Below, piece by piece: positions 1 through 11,081 of a stretch of 64,000 nt of DNA. A program made the translations under genes and the position numbers. The notes under the pieces are model-generated. The model saw only the letters and a list, made by a program, of their open reading frames with translations, was not told the origin of the DNA and did not search any database. Source of the stretch: Eledone cirrhosa (taxonomy: Eukaryota); NCBI GenBank assembly GCA_964016885.1, contig OZ024747.1, forward strand, positions 92,380,001 to 92,444,000, in the 5' to 3' direction. Numbering within the stretch: the first letter of the stretch is position 1; every line of letters starts with the position of its first letter.

Positions 1-65
<65 letters not shown>

Positions 66-68
<3 letters not shown>

Positions 69-211
69 CAGGGCTTCCTGATGATTTCTCCCGAATGAAA
101 CAGGTCTAGTCCTGTAGAAGCCCTTTCTATATTAAATATTTATTTATACTCTACTATGTATTGAGTACCTTACTTACGGTGGTCAACCCCGATTGAACCC
201 CGGATAAACTT
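66..211 (+). mobile_element. Short microsatellite-embedded element: hammerhead plus ACTC/GAGT tail hairpin (Penelope-like/retrozyme-type, non-autonomous)
   Basis: Lies between (TG)n and (TA)n; hammerhead at 70-124; tail hairpin ACTC-TAC-TAT-GTA-TT-GAGT-ACC at 148-169; related copy at 233-390. Confidence 0.7.
70..124 (+). ncRNA. Type I hammerhead ribozyme
   Basis: Stem I AGGGCUUC/GAAGCCCU, core CUGAUGA, stem II UUC-UCCC-GAA, GAAA, stem III ACAGG/CCUGU, GUA cleavage triplet (after 116). Confidence 0.85.
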
Positions 212-232
212 ATATATATATGTGTGTCTGTG

Positions 233-390
233 TATCCCGGGTTCAATCGGGGTTGACCACTGTAAGAAAGGTACTCAATACATAGTAGAGTATATAATGT
301 TTAATACAGAAATGACAGTTGGCTGTTCTGATGATTTCTTTCGAATGAAACAGTTTTAATCCTGTAGAAGCCATTTCTATATTAAACAAT
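233..390. mobile_element. Second copy of the 66-211 element with the hammerhead segment inverted relative to the tail
   Basis: Tail hairpin on minus strand (270-291); hammerhead on plus strand (321-372: CUGAUGA..GAAACAG..CUGUA); 17-bp inverted repeat 298-314/372-388. Confidence 0.7.
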
Positions 391-493
391 ATATATATAT
401 TATCTAATATAATAAAGAGAGACAAACACAGATATATACATATATGCGTTCAAATCATAAGGGACCTATATATATGTATATATATATATATAT

Positions 494-678
494 AATTGTT
501 TCTACTTTAGGCACAAGGCCAGCAATTACCCAGTGCGTTACTGGTACTTTATTTTATCGACCCCGTAAGGATGAAAGGCAAAGTCAACCTCGGCGGGATT
601 TGAACTCAGATCGTAAAGGGACGTAACTATGCTGGAAAGCATGGCGTCCGACCCTCTACCGATACTGCCAATCCACCG
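494..678 (-). mobile_element. tRNA-derived SINE, family A
   Basis: Reverse complement of the 1215-1397 element; A-box-like TGGCAGTATCGG and B-box-like GAGTTCAAATCCC. Confidence 0.85.
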
Positions 679-764
679 GTGTGTGTGTAATATATATAGT
701 TTCGCGATCGATCAGATCAGGATACGATCGGTAGTGATTGCACCTGACTCTAGAATCGATAGCT

Positions 765-1194
765 CAGAATGTGTAGCTTAAAGATCAGAGAGTCACTCCA
801 GGTAGAGCCGCTACTTCTCCGAATTGAGAGATAACAGCTCCGATACTATGGCCATGTGGTTAGAATGTCTCAGGAAAGAATCGCTGGATAGATTTTATGG
901 GCAAAACCAACCGGTAGGAGACTCTGAAGTAGACCCCGAGCAAGATGGTTGGATAACATCTGTGAGCTTGACTGGTCTCGCTTGGGGATCCAGCTGAATT
1001 AGCTGGAGACGGTTGTTTCTGACAGGATCCGATGGAAGGAATGTTTGAGGACTGTGGCCCCTACAACCTTCTCAGGAATAAGTGGACGAAGAAGAAGAAG
1101 AAGAAGAAGTAGAAGAAGAAGAAGAAGAAGAAGAAGAAGAAGAAGAAGAAGAAGAAGAAGAAGAAGAAGAAGAAGAAGAAGAAGAAGAAGAAGA
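765..1194 (+). mobile_element. 3' end of RTE-like LINE with (GAA)n tail
   Basis: Degenerate RT C-terminal coding (LLLRIERxQLRYYGHVVRM), followed by (GAA)n; the same 3' end recurs at 18920-19110 (-) and 62083-62225 (+). Confidence 0.7.
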
Positions 1195-1214
1195 CCTTAA
1201 TATTACCTTTACCG

Positions 1215-1397
1215 ATGGTGGATTGGCAGTATCGGTAGAGGGTCGGACACCATGCTTTCCAGCATAGTTACGTCCCTTTACGATCTGAGTTCAAATCCCA
1301 CCGAGGTTGACTTTGCCTTTCATCCTTACGGGGTCGATAAAATAAAGTACCAGTAATGCACTGGGTAATTGCTGGTCTTGTGCCTAAAGTAGAAACA
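1215..1397 (+). mobile_element. tRNA-derived SINE, family A, with 16-bp TSD
   Basis: TSD AATATTACCTTTACCG at 1199-1214 and 1398-1413; Pol III A/B boxes; more than 12 full or partial copies in the window. Confidence 0.9.
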
Positions 1398-1873
1398 AAT
1401 ATTACCTTTACCGCATTGACCATAGATTTAGAGCAGTGGATGCTGACAAAGGGCATCTGTAGAGGTGAGTCAACAATAATACTTCACTTTCTTTACAAAA
1501 TGTTTTAGTATGTCGTAAGAATTCGAGCGAAATGAATCATTCAATCAAAAGTACAAGTGATTGATACATTAGTGTGTTCAGACATTGTTATAGTCTAACT
1601 GCCAGTGAGCAGACGAATTTCTAGTCATACATGTAAAATCAAAGTAAAGTGTTCCGTGTCAAGAATTTTAAATTGGGGGGGGGGGGACTGGTCGCCTTGA
1701 ATGTTATGGTACAATCTCTCTTTCAGATTGATTGCGGCAAAGGTAAATACGTCTAGGCATTATTGCGTGCATACTTATATGCATATATTAGCTCTTGGAC
1801 TCTCTCTCTCCCTCTCTGTGTCTCTCTCTATATATATATATCACTATCTCTCTCTCTCTCCCATACACACACA

Positions 1874-2423
<550 letters not shown>

Positions 2424-2757
2424 TGGCGAGGTTTTTGATATGAAATCGTGTGTCGAAACAAATATTGTTATACTTGTTTGTGTCTAAATTGTATCTATTA
2501 TTTTTGACCGTTGGTCAGTCAATGGCAACATTGAGGACCGAATAAATTAGATTACCGATATAAAAGACACAGAAGCGAAAAGCGAAAACCAACCAAACAG
2601 TGAGTGTGTTCTGTTATTAATTCTGGCAATATTACACAAATATGACCCTCCCCAAGTATAACAATATATATATATATTACTCTTTTACTCTTTTACCTGT
2701 TTCAGCCATCCGGCTGAGGCCATGCTGGGGCACCGCCCATATATATATATTTATTTC

Positions 2758-2912
2758 TCACCGTATTTTTTACTAAAGAATTTTTAGTCTGATAATGGGG
2801 TTTAGAACCCTCAGATAAATGGAAAAAGATGAGTATTGATATACATCAATACTCATCTTTTTCCATTTATCTGAGGGTTCGAAACCCCATTGTCAGACTA
2901 AAAATACGGTGA
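2758..2912. repeat. Fold-back inverted repeat in a TA-flanked element
   Basis: About 68-bp arms around ATAC at 2841-2844; left arm carries a short insertion; about 55-bp unique tail then (TA)n. Confidence 0.85.
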
Positions 2913-2962
2913 AAGTTATTCTATTTCTAATTTCAAACCTGCTCACTGTTTCAAAACATACT

Positions 2963-3037
<75 letters not shown>

Positions 3038-3934
3038 CTAGCATTAAAGCCCGGCGCTGCTCGGGGTCATTAAGTTACCAAAGTTAGGTTGCACCACCCA
3101 TTTTATGGCAGCACTTTTTTGTCTGCCAGGCACTGGGTGAATGAATTGCAGACCTGGAAGCATGAGCTGCGCCAGCAGTGACAATTGTAGTTTCGCCTAT
3201 GGATATTATCTCTGTGCAAAAAAGTGTTGAAATTTATTGTTTCACAGTACTTGCGCAACACGCGCGTAGACGATGCCAGCCGAACAACAGAGCTGCGATG
3301 GAGTTGTTCTGCATGGTTGTCTGTGTGTTTTCTAAATTTAAGACAGTAGGGAGGGTTGTGATATGAGGGAGAGTTAGCTGTTGTTTCTAGCAGGTTTAGT
3401 GACCTCGTAGAGGATATGTGTTTTCTAAATTTAAGACAGTAGGGAGTGGTGTGATATGGGGGAGAGTTAGCTGCTGTTTCTAGCAGGTTTAGTGACCTCA
3501 TAGAAGATATGTTTTCTAAATTTAAGACAGTAGGGAGGGGTGTGATATGGGGGAGAGTTAGCTGCTGTTTCTAGCAGGTTTAGTAACCTCATAGAGGATA
3601 TGTGTTTTCTAAATATAAGACAGTAGGGAGTGGTGTGAACGGACAGTATCACCATCAAGCTTGGAAAGAGAAAGTAGCAGAAAGTATGAAGTTGTATAGA
3701 TTTTGAATGGTAGTAGAAAGAGTTAAGCAGTTTAAATGAGAGAGAAAAATCGTAAAATATTGAGTTTTATCTATTTTTTGCGTAATTGTGGGTGAAATTG
3801 AAAAAATTATCTGCGTCAAGACGCAATCGATACTATTTCGAATACTGAATTGTAAATTTCAATTGAAGAAATTCTATATCGTAGATTTCTATAACGAAGG
3901 AGCATGACCACACACTGAGCTTTATAGATTATGA
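3038..3934 (-). mobile_element. Non-autonomous Helitron with internal ~87-bp tandem repeats
   Basis: 5' TC at 3934; 3' CCCGAGCAGCGCCGGG hairpin then CTAG at 3038; A|T insertion site; internal tandem repeats at 3323-3636. Confidence 0.75.
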
Positions 3935-3999
3935 TACATTATATATATATACACATTATATATATATATACATTATATACATTATATATATGTACATTA

Positions 4000-4175
4000 T
4001 GGCAGTATAGGTAGAGGGTCGGATGCCATGCTTTCCAGCATAGTTACGTCCCTTTACAATCTGAGTTCAAATCCCGCCGAGGTTAACTTTGCCTTTCATC
4101 CTTACGGGGTCGATAAAATAAAGTACCAGTAATGCACTGGGTAATTGCTGGCCTTGTGCCTAAAGTAGAAACAAT
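4000..4175 (+). mobile_element. SINE family A
   Basis: Near-identical to 1215-1397. Confidence 0.85.
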
Positions 4176-4525
4176 TATATATATATATACATTATATATA
4201 TATACATTATATATATATATATATATACATTATATATATATTTTCATTATATATACATATATATATATACATATATATATACATTATATATATATACATT
4301 ATATATATACATTTTATATATATACATATATATATATATATACATTATATATATATACATTATATATATATACATTATATATATATACATTTTATATATA
4401 TACATATATATATATATATATACATTATATATATATACATTATATATATATATATATTATTATATATATACGTGGAGAAGTAAAATACAGGAGAACAGAC
4501 CGTTAAAACATGTTTATTTAAAATA

Positions 4526-4565
4526 GCACCTACGTACCTTTCGCCCGAATGGGCTTCTCAAGGGC
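4526..4565 (-). ncRNA. Minimal hammerhead variant (U3-A8 core), slightly degenerate
   Basis: Minus strand GCCC-UUGAGAA-GCCC-AUUC-GGGC-GAAA-GGUACG-UA-GGUGC, followed by AATAAA; in a TA-flanked element. Confidence 0.55.
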
Positions 4566-4649
4566 ATAAATAACTACATGTATCACCTATCCCTCCTTTT
4601 CTCTCTCTCGATACGTAAATATTCTATATATATATATATATATATATAC

Positions 4650-4777
4650 ACTAATATATATGATGAAACACAAATACCAACACATCTGTATTTATATTGC
4701 AAAAGAAAATTTAGTCATTTTCTTTTGCAATATAAATACAGATGTGTTGGTATTTGTGTTTCATCATATATATTAGT
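4650..4777. repeat. Perfect fold-back (61-bp arms, 6-nt loop) followed by a GCTC/GAGC tail hairpin
   Basis: Arms 4650-4710 and 4717-4777; tail GCTC-AGAAA-loop-TTTCT-TC-GAGC at 4787-4812; flanked by (TA)n. Confidence 0.85.
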
Positions 4778-4866
4778 TTATACACGGCTCAGAAATATTT
4801 CTTTCTTCGAGCTAATTCCATTGTAAAAGAATTCATTACACTTAATAATATATATATACATACATA

Positions 4867-5435
4867 CTAGCCGAATTACCTGCGCCTTGCTGCGTTTCAC
4901 ACATTTTGTTTTGGGGGGTTTTTTTAAAGAAAATGATGATTGATTTGAAATCAGTGATATAATTTATGGAGAAAAACTCTGCATTTCAATATTAAGCAAA
5001 AATTGGAAAACATTATATTTTGTAATATATCAAATCAAAATTACATTATTAAATCTTATTCTTAATTTGTTTCTTGTAAATAATTTTTTTTTAAATATCA
5101 ATTCAAAACTTTTGTGAATAGGCATCATATCTTGTCATTTACCTATGGTTTAAATTTCATATAAATCGAAGGAGAAAATTTTTCAGCGGGGGTTTGTGCC
5201 TCCGGGGAACCCTAATAGGGGGTTTAACCACATTAGGGTGTCTTAATATTATTAAAATTTGCTGAAATTTTGTGAATAGGCATCATATACTGTCATTTAT
5301 TTATGGTTTAAATTTTATATAAATCAAAGGGAAAAAATTTTCAGCAGGGGTTTTGGGCCCCCGGGGAATCCTTTGATTAAAATGAAATATACTTATCCAA
5401 GTACCCTGGGCAATGTAGTTTCAGAATATATATGG
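4867..5435 (-). mobile_element. Probable non-autonomous Helitron fragment
   Basis: CTAG terminus at 4867 with nearby GC-rich hairpin; internal ~160-bp duplication (about 5110-5215 and 5268-5375). Confidence 0.5.
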
Positions 5436-5499
<64 letters not shown>

Positions 5500-5794
5500 C
5501 TCAGCTTAATACTCGTATTACTCTGTATAATAATCAGAACTCTCAACATAACACTCGGGATGCTCATCATAATCTATATTATAATAAAGGCGTTGTCTGT
5601 CTGTCCGTACATAATGTATAAGCCTTCTGGTTAATGACAGAATGTGAAGTGAAAATGGAAGGGACGGGATGGGGGACTGATACCATTTTAGAGTCAGATA
5701 AATTAACAAAGAATATATACATTAGTATGCTGTGTCTTGGCAAAAGGTAAAAGTATAGAATAATTCATATCAGACAAGTAAGTCGAGCACGAAG

Positions 5795-5971
5795 CAAATC
5801 TGCCAACCTCTAAAAACCCATGCGGGTAGTACCATGAAAAAAAAGTGCCCCAAAAATGGGGAGATTTTACATAATGAAAACTATACCTATTTTCACAAGA
5901 GAAGACTTCTCTCACCCATCCCAAAGTGGATGGGAGATCTCCTCGTCGGAAGGAGAGAGTTGACAGGTCTG
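5795..5971 (+). mobile_element. hAT-like MITE
   Basis: TIRs CAGACCTGCCAAC/GTTGRCAGGTCTG; further copies at 7721-7916, 8592-8785 and a partial at 8123-8200. Confidence 0.7.
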
Positions 5972-6587
5972 AGAAGAAATAAACGTACTATTACCTTTCA
6001 GTCTGTTGTAGTAGAACCAACCCACCAAAAAGCTTTTTGACACTAATAGTAGTTTTGACTCGATTATTAATTATTTTGGTCTGGAAACAGGCATTGATAA
6101 CCTTCCATAGAAAATGATATGTTCGTTGTGGGTGGTAGGAAGACCTTAAGAAATCTAGTACCTTTGTCAGTGATAAATGATTATTAAATGCCATGGCTAA
6201 TCTTGATTACATGAAATCAACACAAAGTTAAATTTTCTTTCTTGTGAAAACTTTTGTTACAAATTTATGAAGTTTCAAATTCGAAAATCTGTTTATGTTC
6301 CCAACACGTAACATAAAGATAATTTTCGTTTCGTTTCTTAACTGCTATACCTAAGTCGTGTTCGAAATGTCACAGCTTTGCTATTTACCTTTCTATCAGT
6401 CCATTATTTATTTTAGGTTGTGCCCTAAAGTTTGAGATTAAAATAGTAACTATAGTTTCTTACCCAAGTATTAATCCCGGTGAGTTCAGAAGATGGAAAA
6501 ACTGGCTGTTACAACATTCAAATATTAATAGTAAAGTAAAACGTTTTTAACCAAGAAACAAATTCGGATCCTGACCTCTATGCACCG

Positions 6588-7134
6588 ATAAAGTTTATCC
6601 TGTCTATTGCACACTGTTAGCCATACATAAAGTTTATCCTGTGTATTGCACACTGTTAGCCATACATAAACTTTATCCTGTGTATTGCACACTGTTAGCC
6701 ATACATAAAGTTTATCCTGTGTATTGCACACTGTTAGCCATACATAAAGTTTATCCTGTTTATTACACACTGTTAGCCATACATAAAGTTTATCCTGTGT
6801 ATTGCACACTTAGCCATACATAAAGTTTATCCTGTGTATTACACACTGTTAGCCATACATAAAGTTTATCCTGTTTATTACACACTGTTAGCCATACATA
6901 AAGTTTATCCTGTTTATTACACACTGTTAGCCATACATAAAGTTTATCCTGTTTATTACACACTGTTAGCCATACATAAAGTTTATCCTGTGTATTGCAC
7001 ACTGTTAGCCATACATAAAGTTTATCCTGTTTATTACACACTGTTAGCCATACATAAAGTTTATCCTGTGTATTGCACACTGTTAGCCATACATAAAGTT
7101 TATCCTGTTTATTGCACACTTAGCCATACATAAA
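6588..7134. repeat. 39-bp minisatellite, about 14 units
   Basis: Unit TAAAGTTTATCCTGTGTATTGCACACTGTTAGCCATACA. Confidence 0.95.
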
Positions 7135-7720
7135 GAAAGCTGGCATATTGAATGACATTCGTTTCACATTAAAATTTGTTTTATTATTTAGTTGAAGTAA
7201 TGGTCAGAGTTCAAGCTTTTTACATCATTATCCATTCGTGGGATAGATGACATCTGGAGGAGTATGTAAGAAAAGGCGCTGCAAGACATTACAACCAAAC
7301 CTTCCGCTAATTCTCGCTACCGACTTTTAAAATGATTAAACATACGGAATAATCTGTTACTGAATACATTGTTGTTGCAAACAAGTCAAGATTGTCACGT
7401 CTAGAATATTGGTTTACCGACACATTCCTGTCAGATATATTTCTATCAACATGTTTGAGCACCAGCAGGTGACGAAAGAACCTACAGATCTGTAGGTAGC
7501 AAGCTCGTAAAAAAATCTCTGCAAAGGTAAGTGATTTACGAAGTCTTCCAAAATACTCAAGCAAACTCTTCCACACAACAACTACATATAAACCAGAAAT
7601 ATACACAATTTAACGGGGAAAATAACATTAACACTGATAGCAACAACAACAACAAAAACAAGATGTACCACTACATAACACTGATAGTAACAACAAAACA
7701 AAAACAAGATGTACCACTAC

Positions 7721-7916
7721 CAGACCTGTCAACTCTCTCCGTCCGACGGGGAGATCTCCTACCCACGTTGGGATAGGTGAGAGATGTCTTCTCTTGTGAA
7801 AATTGGTATAGCTTTCATTATGTAAAATCTCCCCATTTTGCCTCATTTTTCCCCGTTGTGGGTCACTTTTTATTCATGGTACTCCCCGTTTGGGTTTTTA
7901 GAGATTGGCATGTATG
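7721..7916 (-). mobile_element. hAT-like MITE (same family as 5795)
   Basis: Inverted copy with CAGACCTGTCAAC terminus. Confidence 0.7.
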
Positions 7917-8591
7917 TCATTATAAAGACTAAATTGCAAATATCCCATAACACCTTTCTTATAATACTTCCTTTATTGACAAGCCAAACCCATGCCATCA
8001 ACGAACTCCAACAAACAATCATCAGAACACGACAATCAACACAATCTACCATACACATCCCACACCAGTCTAATATATAGGTATATATAAATGCTTATAT
8101 AATATGCTTATATATAATTTTGCTTCATTTCTCCTCGTTTTGGGGGCACTTTTTTTTCATGGTACTCCCTATTTGGGTTTCTAGACGAAGGCAGGTTTGC
8201 ATTACTTATCTTTTTCATATCACAGCGCCACCCAACCCACTCACATAACACATTTAACAGTAAACCTTCCACGTAAAATAATAAACTTTGTGTATGAGTT
8301 GCAACATTCCTGCAATACAATACTAAATAAATTAAAAGCACTTTTGTAGGTCTAATGTAACAATATGGACATTGTGTAGCAATAATTAATTAAATATTAC
8401 AACCAGAAAACTGAACTTTGCCATTATAAATGATTATAGACAGGGGATTTTACAACGTGTGCTGAGCTTATAACATACATTAAAAACCTTGTAATTAATA
8501 TATTTAGATATCATTAAGGTAAACTAAGAAACGACACTGCATTAGAAACACTAATTTTCAAAATAAAAACTAGCTACACAAAAGCACATTA

Positions 8592-8785
8592 CAGACCTGC
8601 CAACTTCTAAAAACCCAATCAAGGTGTACCATGAAAAGAAGTGCCCCAAAACGGGAAGAAATGAGGCAAAATGGGGAGATTTTACATAATGAAAGCTATA
8701 CCCCTTTTCACAAAAGAAGACATTTCTCACCTACCCCAAAGTGGGTGGGAGATCTACCCGTCGGACGGAAGAGTTGGCAGGTGTA
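8592..8785 (+). mobile_element. hAT-like MITE (same family as 5795)
   Basis: CAGACCTGCCAAC...GTTGGCAGGTG termini. Confidence 0.7.
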
Positions 8786-9579
8786 TATTTTAATTATTCA
8801 AAAATTATTTGTAAGTGAACATGATTTTTTTTAAATATTTTTAAGTGAACGTGACCCAACGGGTCACAGATGATCTAGTATTTATATGTATATACAAGAT
8901 TTGTTGACTTACGAAGTATTGGAAAATTTAAAATTGGAATCACAACCCTGATAACTAAAATAATATTTTATAATTATAAGTAATAGTTGAATAAATCAAG
9001 TAAAGTATCCCATGGGCCATGGACATGGACAGACATGCTTTTTCTCCACAGGGGGAATTTTACCTGATTTATTGAAATATTACAGTAACACCTTTAAATA
9101 ATATATTCATACTGCATCACCAAGCACCATTATCACACATTTCTTGAAAATCAACTACCAAAATCCCATTCAAAGTAAACAAGAATGCAAAACGAAAATT
9201 ATTCACTTTCCACCTCGTCAATGATGTTGAGTCCTTCTTTCCACGAGAAACACTCACAGGAATACGAAAATCTAAAACTCTGAAATTGCGCCCCTACCCA
9301 GCACTGTATTTTTTACCTATGGGCCTAATAATTTATATAAATGGTTTAATGATCCACCCACCATAGTGTTCTCACCCATGATAGAGACAGATCATACATC
9401 TAAAGAAGTTTCTTTTTTCATTCTTTAATAGAACATGCTCCTAGTCCAAGTGGCGCTCCCTTCATGTGGCGGCCATAGCACGTGCCATGCTTGCCATACT
9501 CTAGTTACGCCTCTGCTCAGGGCTAAACAAATTCCTAAACACACACAACACTCACCAACATCTATACCTACTCGTACCA

Positions 9580-10240
9580 ATATAATCAGAATCCCAAAAT
9601 CTCAAAGCTAGGTGAAGTTATAACTATTTAAAAAATTAAACACAAACCGACTTATCACTCTCCACTGCACACCCTCCAAAGTTTTAGAAAGGTTAATTGT
9701 TGACATGAGTATACATATCCCCTTTCAAACCCCCACCACGAATTCACACCTCCACAGTACCATTACGCTGATCCTAAATCTAACATAGAAAATACACGAT
9801 AGCTTCAACAGCAAAAACTTCTCATCCGTTCCATTTTAATTGCTAGTATAATGACATCAGCAAAGTCTTCGGTTCTATTCCCAACTATCATTTCATACAA
9901 AATTACTCAACACCAATAGAAGAAATAACACAAAAACCAGCTAACAAGCTACCTGTCAGGTCACTAAGTCTACCTCCAAGTCCCTTTAGTGTACAAGAAC
10001 AACACACCCGACACCTGCAATTTCCCAAATGGAATATCACAGAGATCCACCATTTCACCCATTCTTTTCAAGCTAAAATATACAACCTTCTCACACCTTA
10101 ACAAAATATACAAACAACCTCATAGGGAAGGGCCACCACTCTTATATCACCCTATTATTCTCTATCTGCTGCTAAAATATATACCAACCTTATTAAAATC
10201 CCCTACGAACCTGGTTCTACAACAACAAAGAGGCCTTCTC
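9580..10240 (+). pseudogene. Heavily decayed non-LTR reverse transcriptase relic
   Basis: Scattered motifs RLIxL..SKVLERL, DISKVF and NGISQRSTISPILF across frameshifts. Confidence 0.45.
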
Positions 10241-10478
10241 CACTGACGATCTCGAGGTATATCGTGAGCTGAAATGGTTCTTCCAGTGCGTCTCCCTCGC
10301 CATCCTCTGAGGACACGCCTTCAATATTCTGTCCACCAGGGTCACGGGGCAGCCAGCGCGTGGACCCTCATTTTCTCACAATAATGGAAGAAGAGGAGAG
10401 CGGGAGTGGGAATTTGTTCTTTTGTGTTCGGACTCGGTGTATATGTTTCACAGACACACACACATCTTTGTTCTATTG

Positions 10479-11081
10479 TCTATATATATAAAACTAAGGA
10501 TGTCTGACTGTGTGTGTGTGTGTATGTCTGTGAGTTTCAATCCCTAAAACTCGAGAAGTACCCAACCGATTTTTTTCATACTTTACATGTGTATTACGTA
10601 TGTTTCAGGGAGTGTTATGCACATAAAAAAATTCAACTTTTTAAGGGGTTTTTTGAGGCGTTACGTCAGACCGATTTCCTTGAAATTGTAACTATGTATT
10701 AGTCAGTCTCTTCTTCATACCATGAGAAAAGAAAATCCAACTTTTTTATGGCCTAGGGCCCGCATTAGATGAAAAACTTCATTTTTTCAGCTTTTTATGG
10801 CTTTTTTGAGGCGTTACGTCTAGCCGATTTTCCCGAAATTTCAAGGCATATTATGCACATAAAAAAAATTCATTTTCTTGATCCCCTAGGGCACGCATTA
10901 GGTGAAAACCTGCATTTTTCCTGCTTCATCGAGGAAAATCTTAAAGATTATCCAGCCATCAGAGTATTCGGTTTATTTTCTTTACATATTGTCCAGGCAT
11001 GCAGTTTTTCCACGATTAGGTCTGTTGGCGGCCCGCGTTCCAAAATACCTTATCCCGGGCAACGCCGGGTACCACTGCTAG
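10479..11081 (+). mobile_element. Non-autonomous Helitron
   Basis: 5' TCTATATATATAAAACT..; 3' CCCGGGCAACGCCGGG hairpin plus CTAG at 11078-11081. Confidence 0.75.

Larger units (their letters stand above)
5573..8878 (+). mobile_element. Putative composite Helitron
   Basis: 5' TCTATATTATAATAAAG..TGTCTGTCTGTCC; 3' GTGACCCAACGGGTCAC hairpin plus CTAG at 8875-8878; 3' end shared with 30321-31004. Confidence 0.5.

Noticed and set aside
1215-1300. tRNA gene-like A/B boxes in SINE heads
   Set aside because: No complete cloverleaf; part of a multi-copy SINE with TSDs.
2860-2905. Possible hammerhead in the 2758 fold-back
   Set aside because: GAAAC..GUC is present but the core reads CUGAGGG, not CUGANGA; an unsupported deletion would have to be assumed.
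6588-7134. Regular 39-43 bp repeats (also 45216, 47420, 53060) resembling CRISPR arrays
   Set aside because: Head-to-tail units with no unique spacers, no cas genes and a eukaryotic context; these are minisatellites.
10243-10290. CUGACGA..GAAA hammerhead-like motif
   Set aside because: No U16.1-H17 after the UGG/CCA stem and no stem I pairing.
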